64,000 nucleotides of DNA, taken from an uncultured Aestuariivirga sp. Lineage in GTDB: Bacteria > Pseudomonadota > Alphaproteobacteria > Rhizobiales > Aestuariivirgaceae. The stretch covers positions 17,905 through 81,904 of the forward strand of contig CAXTTK010000013.1 in the NCBI GenBank assembly GCA_964247245.1, written 5' to 3'. A program made the translations under genes and the position numbers. Positions 9,142 to 18,640 of the stretch are shown piece by piece. The notes below the pieces were generated by a model. It made no database searches. It had not been told where the DNA came from and saw nothing but the letters and a program-made list of their open reading frames with translations. How positions within the stretch are numbered: position 1 is the stretch's first letter; each line of letters starts with the position of its first letter.

Positions 9142-10127
9142 GCGAACTCTTGAAAACACTTTCAGCGACTACGGGATTGTCCATTTCTGACATATTGAGA
9201 GTGGCAAGCAATGGACCTAACCGTTACAAAGTCTTTATGATTGAAAAGCGAAGTGGTGGATTACGGAAAATTGCACAACCTGCGAGAGAATTGAAACACA
9301 TTCAAAGGTCTTTGATAAAAATCCTAGAAAAACATCTGCCTGTGCATGATAGTGCAACGGCATATCGCATTGGAAAAAGCATTCGTGACAATGCCAGACC
9401 TCATCTCAGTAGCACTCACTTGTTGAAACTTGATTTTACAGATTTTTTTGGTTCAATTCTTGAACAAGATTTCACAGCACTTTGTATTCCAAAGTTAAGT
9501 TGGAACGAACCGACCGACATTGCATTATTGGTTGGTTTGCTTTTCTGGAAGGACAAGGAGCGGCAGGGGCTTAGACTTTCAATCGGCGCTCCGTCATCTC
9601 CGTTTTTATCCAACGCTATGCTCTTCTCGTTTGACGCCACAATCGCAGCTTATTGCGCTGCAAATGAAATCACTTACTCGAGATATGCTGACGACATAAC
9701 CTTCTCTTGCTTGTCAAATGAACGGTTACATGAGGTGTTAAACCATTTAACACTGATGCTTCAAACCATGAGCAATCCAAGATTAACATTGAATGAGCAT
9801 AAAACAGCATTCGTTTCAAAACGATTTGGTAGAAGAGTTACAGGCTTAACACTTTCTAATCAAGGTAGACTTTCCATAGGACGTGAAAGAAAGCGTCAAC
9901 TGCAAGCTGGAATTCACCACTTCATGTTGGGTAAGTTAAGCCAGGATGAAATCGAAAAACTCCGAGGGAACCTTGCATTTGCGCAATCTGTGGAAGCCAG
10001 CTTCTTGTTGTCAATGAAAGACAAATATGGCAACGAAGTTATTGAGCGACTTTTAAGAAGAAAAATCTCGCGCGATCCATTCTGGGAACATCTAAAAAGA
10101 AACCGTATCCCTCCACCTAAAGTATGA
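9138..10127 (+). CDS. Retron-type reverse transcriptase
   Basis: 329 aa. Motifs: YKVFMIEKRSGGLRKIAQP (RT1), DNARPH = NAxxH (nt 9390-9404), LKLDFTDFFGSI (RT3), IGAPSSPFLSN (RT4), YADD (nt 9684-9695), RRVTGL = VTG (nt 9837-9845). No maturase, endonuclease or other fused domains. Confidence 0.9.
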   Translation: MSELLKTLSATTGLSISDILRVASNGPNRYKVFMIEKRSGGLRKIAQPARELKHIQRSLIKILEKHLPVHDSATAYRIGKSIRDNARPHLSSTHLLKLDFTDFFGSILEQDFTALCIPKLSWNEPTDIALLVGLLFWKDKERQGLRLSIGAPSSPFLSNAMLFSFDATIAAYCAANEITYSRYADDITFSCLSNERLHEVLNHLTLMLQTMSNPRLTLNEHKTAFVSKRFGRRVTGLTLSNQGRLSIGRERKRQLQAGIHHFMLGKLSQDEIEKLRGNLAFAQSVEASFLLSMKDKYGNEVIERLLRRKISRDPFWEHLKRNRIPPPKV

Positions 10128-10160
10128 AATCAACAATATATTAGGTGACGTTTCGAACCA

Positions 10161-10192
10161 AAGCTGGATGCCAGCCTTCGCTGGCATGACGG
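10161..10192. repeat. Solo half-copy of the REP-like palindrome family
   Basis: AAGCTGGATGCCAGCCTTCGCTGGCATGACGG matches the right halves at 4589, 33203 and 39303. No partner left half lies nearby. Confidence 0.8.
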
Positions 10193-10288
10193 TTTAGCGG
10201 GGTGTTTCTAAACAGCAAATCCCCCGCTAACCAAACTTTCCCCCCACCCCTTGCACCCCGCCCCACTTCCCCCTATCACGCCCCTTTA

Positions 10289-11242
10289 ATGACATCGCGC
10301 ATCGCCCGCCCTCTGCTCTTCAAGTCCCCTCACCTTTTGGGGATCAGCGATCTTTCTCCTCTTGAAATTCCGGCCTTGCTTGATTTGGCCGATACCTATG
10401 TGGACGTGAACCGTGGGGCTGATAAGCGCCAGCCGATCCTCACCGGTTTCACCCAAGTAAACCTGTTTTTCGAAGCCTCGACCCGCACGCAAAGTTCGTT
10501 TGAAATTGCGGGCAAGCGGTTGGGGGCGGATGTGATGAACATGGCGGTTTCGACTTCGGCCATTTCCAAGGGCGAGACGGTTCTTGATACGGCCATGACC
10601 ATCAATGCCATGCACCCGGATTTTCTGGTGGTGCGACATCAGTCTTCGGGCTCGGTTGAATTGCTGGCGCAGAAAGTGTCTTGCGCTGTGATCAATGCCG
10701 GTGACGGCCAACACGAACACCCCACGCAGGCACTGCTGGATGCGCTGACGATACGGCGTCATTTTGGAAAGCTTCAAGGGCTGACTGTGGCGATTTGTGG
10801 TGATGTTCTGCACTCGCGCGTGGCCCGCTCGAACATTCAATTGCTTGGCAAGATGGGGGTTTCCGTGCGGGTGGTTGGGCCATCAACTTTGCTGCCATCT
10901 GGCATTGCCAATTTTGGTGTGGACGTATTCCACGACATGAAGCGCGGGCTTGAAGGCGCAGATGTGGTTATGATGTTGCGCTTGCAATTGGAGCGGATGA
11001 GCGGTGCGTTTGTGCCTTCTCAGCGCGAATATTATCATTTTTATGGTCTAACCGAAGAGAAGCTTAGCTTTGCCAAACCGGGCGCTTTGGTGATGCATCC
11101 GGGCCCGATGAACCGTGGCATTGAGATCGACTCGAGTGTGGCCGATGGTGCGCAATCGGTGATCCGCGAACAGGTTGAAATGGGTGTGGCGGTGCGCATG
11201 GCTGTGCTTGATGCTTTATCGCGCAATGGAGCACGCGCATGA
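10289..11242 (+). CDS. pyrB: Aspartate carbamoyltransferase catalytic subunit
   Basis: Start trimmed to [11 protein letters not shown]. Motifs STRTQSSFE and HPTQALLD. Confidence 0.9.
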   Translation: MTSRIARPLLFKSPHLLGISDLSPLEIPALLDLADTYVDVNRGADKRQPILTGFTQVNLFFEASTRTQSSFEIAGKRLGADVMNMAVSTSAISKGETVLDTAMTINAMHPDFLVVRHQSSGSVELLAQKVSCAVINAGDGQHEHPTQALLDALTIRRHFGKLQGLTVAICGDVLHSRVARSNIQLLGKMGVSVRVVGPSTLLPSGIANFGVDVFHDMKRGLEGADVVMMLRLQLERMSGAFVPSQREYYHFYGLTEEKLSFAKPGALVMHPGPMNRGIEIDSSVADGAQSVIREQVEMGVAVRMAVLDALSRNGARA

Positions 11243-12546
11243 TCAAACGCAACGCTCAAAAACGCCGCGCTTGGATCAACGCGCAGATTGTGGCCCCTGC
11301 TCAGGGCCTTCGTGGCAAAGGCGGCATTCTGGTTGAGGATGGCTGGATTTTGGCTGTAGGGCCGCAGGTGACGCGCGACATGGTGGGCGCTGGCACCGAG
11401 GTGACAGATTGCAAAGGCAAGCTGTTGATCCCCGGGCTGATTGATATGCATGTGTCAACGGGCGAACCCGGAACAGAATACCGCGAGACTTTGGCTTCGG
11501 CGTCTGAAGCAGCGGCCGCTGGTGGTGTGACCACCATGATCGTGATGCCAAACACCCAGCCAGTGATCGATGATGCCGCAATTGTGGATTATGTTTTGCG
11601 GCGGGCGCGAGATACAGCCTTGGTGCGGGTTGTGCCGATGGCTGCGATTACAAAAGGCCTGAACGGCGAATTAATGAGCGAGATTGGACTGGTCAAAGCA
11701 GCCGGTGCCGTGGCTGTGACCGATGCCACCAAGGCTGTGGCCAATGCCAATATGTTTCGCCGCGCACTGATGTATGCAAAAGATTTCGACATGTTGGTGG
11801 TGCAGCATGTGGAAGAGCCGACGCTTTCGTCTGGTGTGATGAATTCTGGTGAGGCAGCATCTCGGTTAGGGCTATCCGGCAATTCGGCGATGTCTGAAGT
11901 GATTATGTTGGAGCGTGATTTGCGCCTCGTTGAGATGACGGGTGCGCGCTATCATGCAGCGCAAATTTCATGTGCTGCTTCGGTTGAAGTTATGCGCGCG
12001 GCCAAGGCCAAAGGCCTGCCCGTCACCTGTGGGGTTTCAATCAATCATCTGGTGTTGAATGAGAACGACATTGGTGCCTACCGAACCTTCTTCAAGCTCT
12101 CACCACCACTGCGTGATGAAAACCACAGACGGGCTTTGGTGGCTGCGGTGATCGACGGCACAATTGATGTAATCGTGTCGGGCCATAACCCTCAGAGCGA
12201 TGACACCAAACGACTTCCCTTTGCTGAGGCAGCCTTTGGTGCAATCGGCTTGGAAACAATGCTCAGCGCGGCATTACAGCTTTATCACAGCGAAAACATG
12301 CCGTTAGAACGTTTGGTGGAAGCAATGTCTCATGTGCCAGCCTCACTTCTTGGTTTGGAAACAGGGCGTTTAGCGGCGGGCGCACCCGCCGACTTTGTGA
12401 TTGTCGATCCTCACCTCAGCTGGAAGGTCGAAGCTGCAAAGCTTTGTTCCCGTTCAAAAAATACCACATTTGAAGATCGCACCCTGGAAGGCCGCGCCAT
12501 TGAAACTGTGGTTGCAGGAAACAGCGTTTACAATTACGCTTCGTAA
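11239..12546 (+). CDS. Dihydroorotase-like amidohydrolase, probably a non-catalytic PyrC-prime type
   Basis: 435 aa with a 4-nt overlap with pyrB. The amidohydrolase fold is present but key motifs are degenerate: [10 protein letters not shown] instead of DxHVHxR, YHAAQIS instead of HxxHxS, and SGHNP instead of SDHAP. Confidence 0.75.
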   Translation: MIKRNAQKRRAWINAQIVAPAQGLRGKGGILVEDGWILAVGPQVTRDMVGAGTEVTDCKGKLLIPGLIDMHVSTGEPGTEYRETLASASEAAAAGGVTTMIVMPNTQPVIDDAAIVDYVLRRARDTALVRVVPMAAITKGLNGELMSEIGLVKAAGAVAVTDATKAVANANMFRRALMYAKDFDMLVVQHVEEPTLSSGVMNSGEAASRLGLSGNSAMSEVIMLERDLRLVEMTGARYHAAQISCAASVEVMRAAKAKGLPVTCGVSINHLVLNENDIGAYRTFFKLSPPLRDENHRRALVAAVIDGTIDVIVSGHNPQSDDTKRLPFAEAAFGAIGLETMLSAALQLYHSENMPLERLVEAMSHVPASLLGLETGRLAAGAPADFVIVDPHLSWKVEAAKLCSRSKNTTFEDRTLEGRAIETVVAGNSVYNYAS

Positions 12547-12561
12547 TTGGGGAGCGACGCG

Positions 12562-13152
12562 ATGCAATATTTTCTTTCAGCACTTCTAGGTTATCTTTTT
12601 GGCTCGGTGCCGTTTGGTTTACTGCTCACGAAAGCCGCAGGCCTAGGTGACGTGCGCAACATCGGCTCGGGCAATATTGGCGCAACCAATGTTTTGCGCA
12701 CGGGAAACAAACCAATTGCGATTGCCACATTGCTTTGCGATGTTTTGAAGGGCACGATTCCCGTTCTCATTGCCGCCCACTATTATGATTTCAATGCCTC
12801 GCTTGCCGCGGCCTTTGGCGCAATCGCAGGGCATATTTTTCCGGTGTGGCTAGGCTTCAAAGGCGGCAAGGGCGTTGCCACCTTGATCGGGATTTTGTTT
12901 GGCATCTATTGGCCCATTGCTTTGATTTTTTTGGCGGTATGGTTGGCCTTTGCTTTCGCGTTTAAATTCTCTTCGCTTGCCGCACTCGCCTCCTCAATGC
13001 TTCTTCCTATTTGGGCCTTGCTGCTAGGGCATTTAGAGTTGGCATTACCACTGGCAGCATTCGCAATCGTGGTGTGGATAATGCACCGCGCAAACATCAG
13101 CCGCCTCATGAATGGCACCGAAACCAAAATATCTCTGAGTTCAAAAAAATGA
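12562..13152 (+). CDS. plsY: Glycerol-3-phosphate acyltransferase PlsY
   Basis: [19 protein letters not shown]...[21 protein letters not shown] before the ATG at 12562. Confidence 0.9.
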   Translation: MQYFLSALLGYLFGSVPFGLLLTKAAGLGDVRNIGSGNIGATNVLRTGNKPIAIATLLCDVLKGTIPVLIAAHYYDFNASLAAAFGAIAGHIFPVWLGFKGGKGVATLIGILFGIYWPIALIFLAVWLAFAFAFKFSSLAALASSMLLPIWALLLGHLELALPLAAFAIVVWIMHRANISRLMNGTETKISLSSKK

Positions 13153-14258
13153 GTGGGCCGCGCCAACTTTCAGATCAAGAGCGAATGAACTGGTTGCGCC
13201 TCAGTCAGACTGAAAATGTTGGGCCAGTTACTTTTCAACAGTTGATCAGTGCTTACAAAACCGCAACCGCTGCCATCGAAGCCCTGCCCGAGCTTTCGCA
13301 TCGCGGCGGAAGGCGGAAAGCGCTCAAGGTCTATTCAGCCGAAGCCGCAGCAAAAGACATGGCGAGCGCAGAAAAAATTGATGCAAGTTTCGTTGCCATC
13401 GGCGAACTGGGTTACCCGCCAGATTTAAGCCACGTACCATCGCCGCCGCCCATGCTCTGCGTAAGTGGCAGCTTGGAACTGGCCGAAATGAACAGCGTCG
13501 CCATTGTTGGAGCGCGCAATGCTTCCGCGCTGGGTATGAAGTTTGCAAGACAATTGGCGCATGGATTATGCGACAAAGGATTCCTTGTTGTGTCTGGGCT
13601 TGCGCGCGGCATCGATACGGCAGCACATGAAGCCTCAGTGAATGCGCAAACCGCAGCCGTGTTGGCGGGCGGACTTGATCATTATTACCCACCTGAAAAC
13701 GAAAAGCTGCAACGCGCCATTGCCGAGCGTGGATTATTAATTAGCGAAATGCCGCCGGGCACCGCGCCCAAGGCTGAACATTTTCCCCGCCGCAACCGCA
13801 TCATCTCAGGCATGGCAAAAGCTGTCATCATCGTTGAGGCCGCCATGAGGTCCGGCTCGCTCATCACCGCACGCTTTGCCGCAGAACAAGGCCGCGAAGT
13901 TTTTGCGGTGCCCGGTTCACCACTCGATCCTCGCTGTGAAGGCACTAACAAATTAATCAAAGATGGCGCAAATATTCTAACGTCGATTGATGATGTTTTG
14001 CAGGCATTGAACACCCCGCGCTATATTGGTGCAGGACAATTGTTTGAAACTGAAGCGGCCAGTCCCGCTGCAACATTTCAGATCAGCAACGCTGAACGCG
14101 AACACGTGGCGCAGCTTTTATCCCCCTCTCCGATCGAAACCGACGATCTGATCCGTGAATCAGGAATGCCAGCTGGGCAAATTCTAACAATCCTCTTAGA
14201 ACTCGAACTTGCAGGCAAAGCAATACGTCACGCAGGTGGTCGTATTTCATCTGGCTAA
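13149..14258 (+). CDS. dprA: DNA-processing protein DprA
   Basis: Start trimmed to the ATG at 13149, which overlaps the plsY stop. Motifs [21 protein letters not shown] and C-terminal wHTH. Confidence 0.9.
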   Translation: MSGPRQLSDQERMNWLRLSQTENVGPVTFQQLISAYKTATAAIEALPELSHRGGRRKALKVYSAEAAAKDMASAEKIDASFVAIGELGYPPDLSHVPSPPPMLCVSGSLELAEMNSVAIVGARNASALGMKFARQLAHGLCDKGFLVVSGLARGIDTAAHEASVNAQTAAVLAGGLDHYYPPENEKLQRAIAERGLLISEMPPGTAPKAEHFPRRNRIISGMAKAVIIVEAAMRSGSLITARFAAEQGREVFAVPGSPLDPRCEGTNKLIKDGANILTSIDDVLQALNTPRYIGAGQLFETEAASPAATFQISNAEREHVAQLLSPSPIETDDLIRESGMPAGQILTILLELELAGKAIRHAGGRISSG

Positions 14259-14344
14259 TGAGTGTTGACAGATTGCAAAATCTCTGTGCAATCTTACGGA
14301 TAAATGCAAGTCGCTAATGTCGCAAATAAATGGGGGAATTTGAC

Positions 14345-14587
14345 ATGAGGAACTTTTTATCACAAGTTCTAATTGCATCGTGTTATGTATCTGTGTCGAT
14401 GTTGACGTCTGACATTTCCGAAGCAAAATCTAAAGTTCGGGTCAGTAAAATCCGATCCTTCAATCCAGATCAAAGAAAAAAGTTTTTTGAATTGGCAATC
14501 AAGGAATGCAGTAAGCGATTTGGCGGCGCTGGTTATCTTTCCCCTGAAGTAAATTACGTCACAGGCAATGTTGTTTGCCGCGGTTGA
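14345..14587 (+). CDS. Small secreted hypothetical protein (paralogue A)
   Basis: Signal-peptide-like N-terminus and two Cys in the C...KRFG...G..VC pattern shared with the next ORF. Confidence 0.45.
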   Translation: MRNFLSQVLIASCYVSVSMLTSDISEAKSKVRVSKIRSFNPDQRKKFFELAIKECSKRFGGAGYLSPEVNYVTGNVVCRG

Positions 14588-14626
14588 TAACTTTGCAAAA
14601 CAGCTAGACAACACAAGGAACAATAA

Positions 14627-14833
14627 ATGCGTATAGCTTTAATCGCCGCTCTCCTTCTAAGCCTGCCGATGATTACCGTGGGTGCAGTTGGCAAAACTGT
14701 GCAGACCCAGAGCAAAGCAGAACATGACCGCGCCCTCGCATGGTGCAGAAAGAAATATGGGACAAGCTTAGAGTCGGTTGAGTTCACAAAAAGATTCGGC
14801 CAAACGGGCTATTTTTGTTTGACCCGTAACTAA
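14627..14833 (+). CDS. Small secreted hypothetical protein (paralogue B)
   Basis: MRIALIAALLLSLPMITVGA signal peptide. WCRKKYG...GYFC pattern parallels ORF 14345-14587. Confidence 0.45.
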   Translation: MRIALIAALLLSLPMITVGAVGKTVQTQSKAEHDRALAWCRKKYGTSLESVEFTKRFGQTGYFCLTRN

Positions 14834-15490
14834 TCAATCCACCTCATCTTCCGCAAATATCCACTTCTCTGTCAGCGCGCCCGCTTTCCAATCATGGAAT
14901 GCAGGCGTTGCTAATATGGCATTCATATAGTGTTGAGTATCGTTAGATACTTTGATCTCGTAAGTTTCTAAGCGCGTCACGACGGGTGCAAACATCGCAT
15001 CAGCAATTGAGAATTTACCAAACAAAAATGGTCCGCCGCGCCCATGCGCTTTGCGACATTCTTTCCACAGCGCTTCGATCCGCGCAATGTCTGCATAGAT
15101 GCCGTCATTCATTGGCACAGGCTTGGTGGGCCTACGCAAATTCATTGGGCAGGCGTTACGCAAATTGCGGAAGCCGGAATGCATTTCTGCCGATACTGAG
15201 CGGGCCATAGCGCGAGCAGTTTTGTTCTTGGGCCATAGGTCGCGATCAGGCCAAGTCTCGGCAGCATATTCCATGATTGCGAGTGAATCCCAGATCACAT
15301 TTTTGCCATGCACCAAAATCGGAACCAGTCCAGCTTTGGAGATTTTTTTGACTGCTTTGCCAAACTCCGGTTCACCAAATTTGATTAGTTTTTCGTCGAA
15401 GGAAATCCCTGCCATTGCCAAAGCCATATAAGGCCTGAGCGACCAAGATGAATAATTTTTATTGCCGATAACAAGTAAAGGTTTTGCCAT
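14834..15490 (-). CDS. Glutathione S-transferase family protein
   Basis: Start trimmed to MAKPLLVIGNKNYSSWSLRP (GGAGAA RBS). GST N- and C-terminal domains. Confidence 0.8.
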   Translation of the reverse strand: MAKPLLVIGNKNYSSWSLRPYMALAMAGISFDEKLIKFGEPEFGKAVKKISKAGLVPILVHGKNVIWDSLAIMEYAAETWPDRDLWPKNKTARAMARSVSAEMHSGFRNLRNACPMNLRRPTKPVPMNDGIYADIARIEALWKECRKAHGRGGPFLFGKFSIADAMFAPVVTRLETYEIKVSNDTQHYMNAILATPAFHDWKAGALTEKWIFAEDEVD

Positions 15491-15513
15491 TTTAATTTCT
15501 CCGCTGCTTGCAC

Positions 15514-16716
15514 TTACATTGATTTCGGCAAATAGCGCCAGACCAAAACAGCAAGCCCAGCCACGCACACGCCTAAAATAACAAACACAATCGATACATC
15601 AAAATACGAAAGTGCGATGGCAAAGATGAAGCCGGGGATCAATTCAGAAAAATCAATGAAGGTACGATACACAGCAGTCATACGTTGGCGTTCGGAGGGG
15701 CGAACGGCACGCAAATATGGAATACCCCCTACGCTATCAATGCCCGACGCAAACAAAGCAGCCAGCAATAGCAGCCCTGCTGCAATCACCGGCGCATGAA
15801 CGCCAAACAGGCCCGCAATAATAGTGCTGACCGAAATCACAGCAAAACACATTGTGATAACCCCGCGAACCCCAATCCTATCTGCCAAAGCTCCAAACCC
15901 AAATGCTGATAGCAGGAAAAATTGACTGATCGAGATGATCAGTCCGCCTGAAAATTTGCTCATGCCTCCTTCGATCATAAGCAGTGGCCCATAGGTGAAA
16001 AACGTACCCCAGAAGCATGATCTTCCAAACGCAATGGCCCATGCCAAGCGCAATCGTGGCTGCGCCACAAATCGAGCGGCGTTTGCTAATGGATTAAACG
16101 GGGCCAACGTGCCCGATGGCATGGTCGTGCTTTCATGCAGACGCAAATACCAAAAGACACAAAGCACCAGAACACCAACGGACATAGCCGCTAGCTGAGG
16201 TGCGAACGCGCCATAATGCGTATAAAGCCAAACGCCGGAAACTGGCCCTGCAACCCAGGCGAAAGTGGAAACCGCGAGGCGCAGCGGCTCAGAGCGCGTG
16301 AGTTCCGCCTTGCGAATATGATCCATAATATAAAGCTGAAGCGTGACATTCATGATTGATGCGCCAGAGTTGCGCAGAATAACACCTGTCACCTGCCCCG
16401 TTAGAGTAAAACTTGCGAGCGCTATGCTGCCGCCAATCAACATCAATCCGCCAATTGTGTAAGCCCAACGTCGCCGAACATGGCCAAACAAGAACGGCAT
16501 ACAGAGTGTAATCAAGAGAACTGTAAATGAAACACAGGTACCGAGAATGCTAACCGCGCGGCTTGAACCTAAAAGATCATAGGCTTGAATGGAAAGGACA
16601 CCAGAGTTGAACGACCGCACCAATGATTCAAGCAGAAACAACAGGCCAAAAGTTCCCGCCCCTGCCCTGCGAAAATTGCCTTCGGGAATCAATTGGTACG
16701 ATTGTGCACTCATCAC
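15514..16716 (-). CDS. MFS transporter
   Basis: 400 aa with about 12 hydrophobic segments. Confidence 0.7.
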   Translation of the reverse strand: MMSAQSYQLIPEGNFRRAGAGTFGLLFLLESLVRSFNSGVLSIQAYDLLGSSRAVSILGTCVSFTVLLITLCMPFLFGHVRRRWAYTIGGLMLIGGSIALASFTLTGQVTGVILRNSGASIMNVTLQLYIMDHIRKAELTRSEPLRLAVSTFAWVAGPVSGVWLYTHYGAFAPQLAAMSVGVLVLCVFWYLRLHESTTMPSGTLAPFNPLANAARFVAQPRLRLAWAIAFGRSCFWGTFFTYGPLLMIEGGMSKFSGGLIISISQFFLLSAFGFGALADRIGVRGVITMCFAVISVSTIIAGLFGVHAPVIAAGLLLLAALFASGIDSVGGIPYLRAVRPSERQRMTAVYRTFIDFSELIPGFIFAIALSYFDVSIVFVILGVCVAGLAVLVWRYLPKSM

Positions 16717-16778
16717 ATCACCTAAGCGCGGCCAAAGACTTGTTTACAAGCCCCAGCAACTCTTGCTTAAAGCCAAAT

Positions 16779-18179
16779 ATGGACAATACTTCTAGCCATA
16801 GTGAAAAACAGCGCGTTGCCATCATTTCAATGTTATCCAGTGCGGCGCTTGCAAGCATCAAACTGGTGGCGGCTATTTTTTCAGGCTCGCTTGGCGTACT
16901 TTCTGAAGCAATCCATGGGTTGATCGATTTTGGCGCGACGATTGTGACAGTGTTTGCGATACGTTGGTCAAGTCAACCAGCGGATGATGACCACCAGTTC
17001 GGCCACGCCAAGATTGAAAGTGTTGCAGCACTTCTTGAAACTGTGCTGCTCTTCGGAACTGCAGTTTATATTGCCTACGAAGCTATACTGCGGCTGACGA
17101 AGCCGCATGAACCACTCACCATCGCTTGGTGGGCCTTTGCAATCATGGTAGTTTCAATTGCTGTCGATTATAACAGGTCGAGAGCCTTGCGCAAAACCGC
17201 TGAAGCTACATCCAGCGAAGCGCTTAAAGCTGATGCCACACATTTTGAATCTGATATGTGGAGCTCGCTTGCAGTATTGATTGGATTGGCAGGTGTTTGG
17301 ATTGGATTTCAATGGGCTGACTCGGTGGCAGCACTTTTAGTTTCAATTTACATCGGTAAGATTGCTTGGGATTTAACCAGTACCACACTGAACACCTTGC
17401 TCGATGCCGCGCCTGCTGGAGTTTCGGCGCAAATCAACGATATAGCAGATCAACAGAACGGCATTCTGAGCGTGAACAGCTTGCGGGTGAGACCAGCTGG
17501 CGCAACCCTGTTTGTTAATCTGGATGTCAATGTACCACGGCTATTAAATTTAGTTTCCATAGCGGATTTAAAAACCCGATTAGTTGCCGCCATCCAGTCA
17601 AAACTGCCGCATGCCGATATTTCAATCACAACCAATCCTGTAGCGTTGGATAACGAAACCGCATTTGACAAAATCGGTTTAATTGCCGCTCATTACAATG
17701 CATCAATCCACCACATTACTGTCCAACAAGTGCAAGGTCGCATGGCGGTGAGTTTTGATCTTGAAGTTGATGGCGCAACACAGCTTGCAGCAGCACACGA
17801 TCAGGCAACTCAGTTAGAAGACGCCATTCGCGATGGTTTAGGTGGCGATGTCGAGGTTGAAAGCCATATTGAGCCTCAACCTGCGAGATTGCTTCTGGGC
17901 GAGCCAGCATTGCCCACCGAAACCAAAAAGATCGAAAAAATTTTGCAGCAGCTTGCGAAGTCTGAAAAATCACTCAGTGATTTGCATAATGTTCGCGTTC
18001 GCCACGCGGATGGGGGCCTCTATGTACATTATCACTGCCGTTTCAAGCCAACCGAAACAATTGACGCTGTACATGCAGCTGTTGACCGAATTGAAATCGC
18101 CTTCAATACTAAACTTAGAAATGTAAACCGCGTCATCGCTCATGCCGAACCGCTGGGGGAGGCCCAGCACAAGCTTTGA
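16779..18179 (+). CDS. Cation diffusion facilitator (CDF) transporter with triplicated cytoplasmic domain
   Basis: Start trimmed to MDNTSSHSEKQR. CDF TM core (SEAIHGLIDF, HFESDMWSS) followed by three ZT_dimer-like repeats, each ending in the pattern ..H/T.EP/NP. Confidence 0.8.
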   Translation: MDNTSSHSEKQRVAIISMLSSAALASIKLVAAIFSGSLGVLSEAIHGLIDFGATIVTVFAIRWSSQPADDDHQFGHAKIESVAALLETVLLFGTAVYIAYEAILRLTKPHEPLTIAWWAFAIMVVSIAVDYNRSRALRKTAEATSSEALKADATHFESDMWSSLAVLIGLAGVWIGFQWADSVAALLVSIYIGKIAWDLTSTTLNTLLDAAPAGVSAQINDIADQQNGILSVNSLRVRPAGATLFVNLDVNVPRLLNLVSIADLKTRLVAAIQSKLPHADISITTNPVALDNETAFDKIGLIAAHYNASIHHITVQQVQGRMAVSFDLEVDGATQLAAAHDQATQLEDAIRDGLGGDVEVESHIEPQPARLLLGEPALPTETKKIEKILQQLAKSEKSLSDLHNVRVRHADGGLYVHYHCRFKPTETIDAVHAAVDRIEIAFNTKLRNVNRVIAHAEPLGEAQHKL

Positions 18180-18186
18180 CGATGGC

Positions 18187-18459
18187 CTAGCTGGTCGACG
18201 CCCTACTCAACTCACGTAAGTGCTCGATCTCGCCCTCAGGAATGCTGACTCTATTCGCAACAGAAAACGCCTCATAGAAGCTGACCTCCAATAAGCCTTG
18301 AAGAGTTTTCATCTCCGCAGATTTGGCCATGTTACGTAGCTCGAGCACCATATCAGCGATATATTGAGCCGTTTCTCGTTTCTCTAATTTCCCCTTAAAG
18401 TTGCTTGAATAATGTTTAATCGTATCTAGATTGTTTTCTAACTTGATATTTTGTTCCAT
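18187..18459 (-). CDS. Hypothetical protein (90 aa)
   Basis: ORF only; helical and charged. No recognisable motif. Confidence 0.35.
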   Translation of the reverse strand: MEQNIKLENNLDTIKHYSSNFKGKLEKRETAQYIADMVLELRNMAKSAEMKTLQGLLEVSFYEAFSVANRVSIPEGEIEHLRELSRASTS

Positions 18460-18640
18460 TTTTCGCTCTTTAAAGCTATTAAGTCGAAAACTCGTGTTTA
18501 AACTCTTTATGGTTGTATTGTAGATACCATAAGTTGCTCTTAGGTTGCAAAGAGGCTTTTATTTTCAAAAAAATAGGTTTTCTTGCCTCGAACCCCATAT
18601 ACGCCTAAGAGCATCGCCCAACTTGAACCCGGAATTATGC

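Noticed and set aside
9138-10127. The RT could be a group II intron maturase, a DGR RT or an Abi/UG-type RT.
   Set aside because: It is only 329 aa with no X/maturase, DNA-binding or endonuclease domains, and no intron-like domain V/VI structure flanks it. No template/variable repeat pair or Avd-like gene is present. The NAxxH and VTG motifs are retron-specific. A phylogeny is still needed for certainty.
13011-13148. A long N-terminal extension of the dprA ORF (and similar extensions of pyrB, topA, xth, clpS, GST, CDF and others).
   Set aside because: The extensions overlap upstream genes or lack an RBS. Internal ATGs give canonical N-termini and stop/start overlaps.
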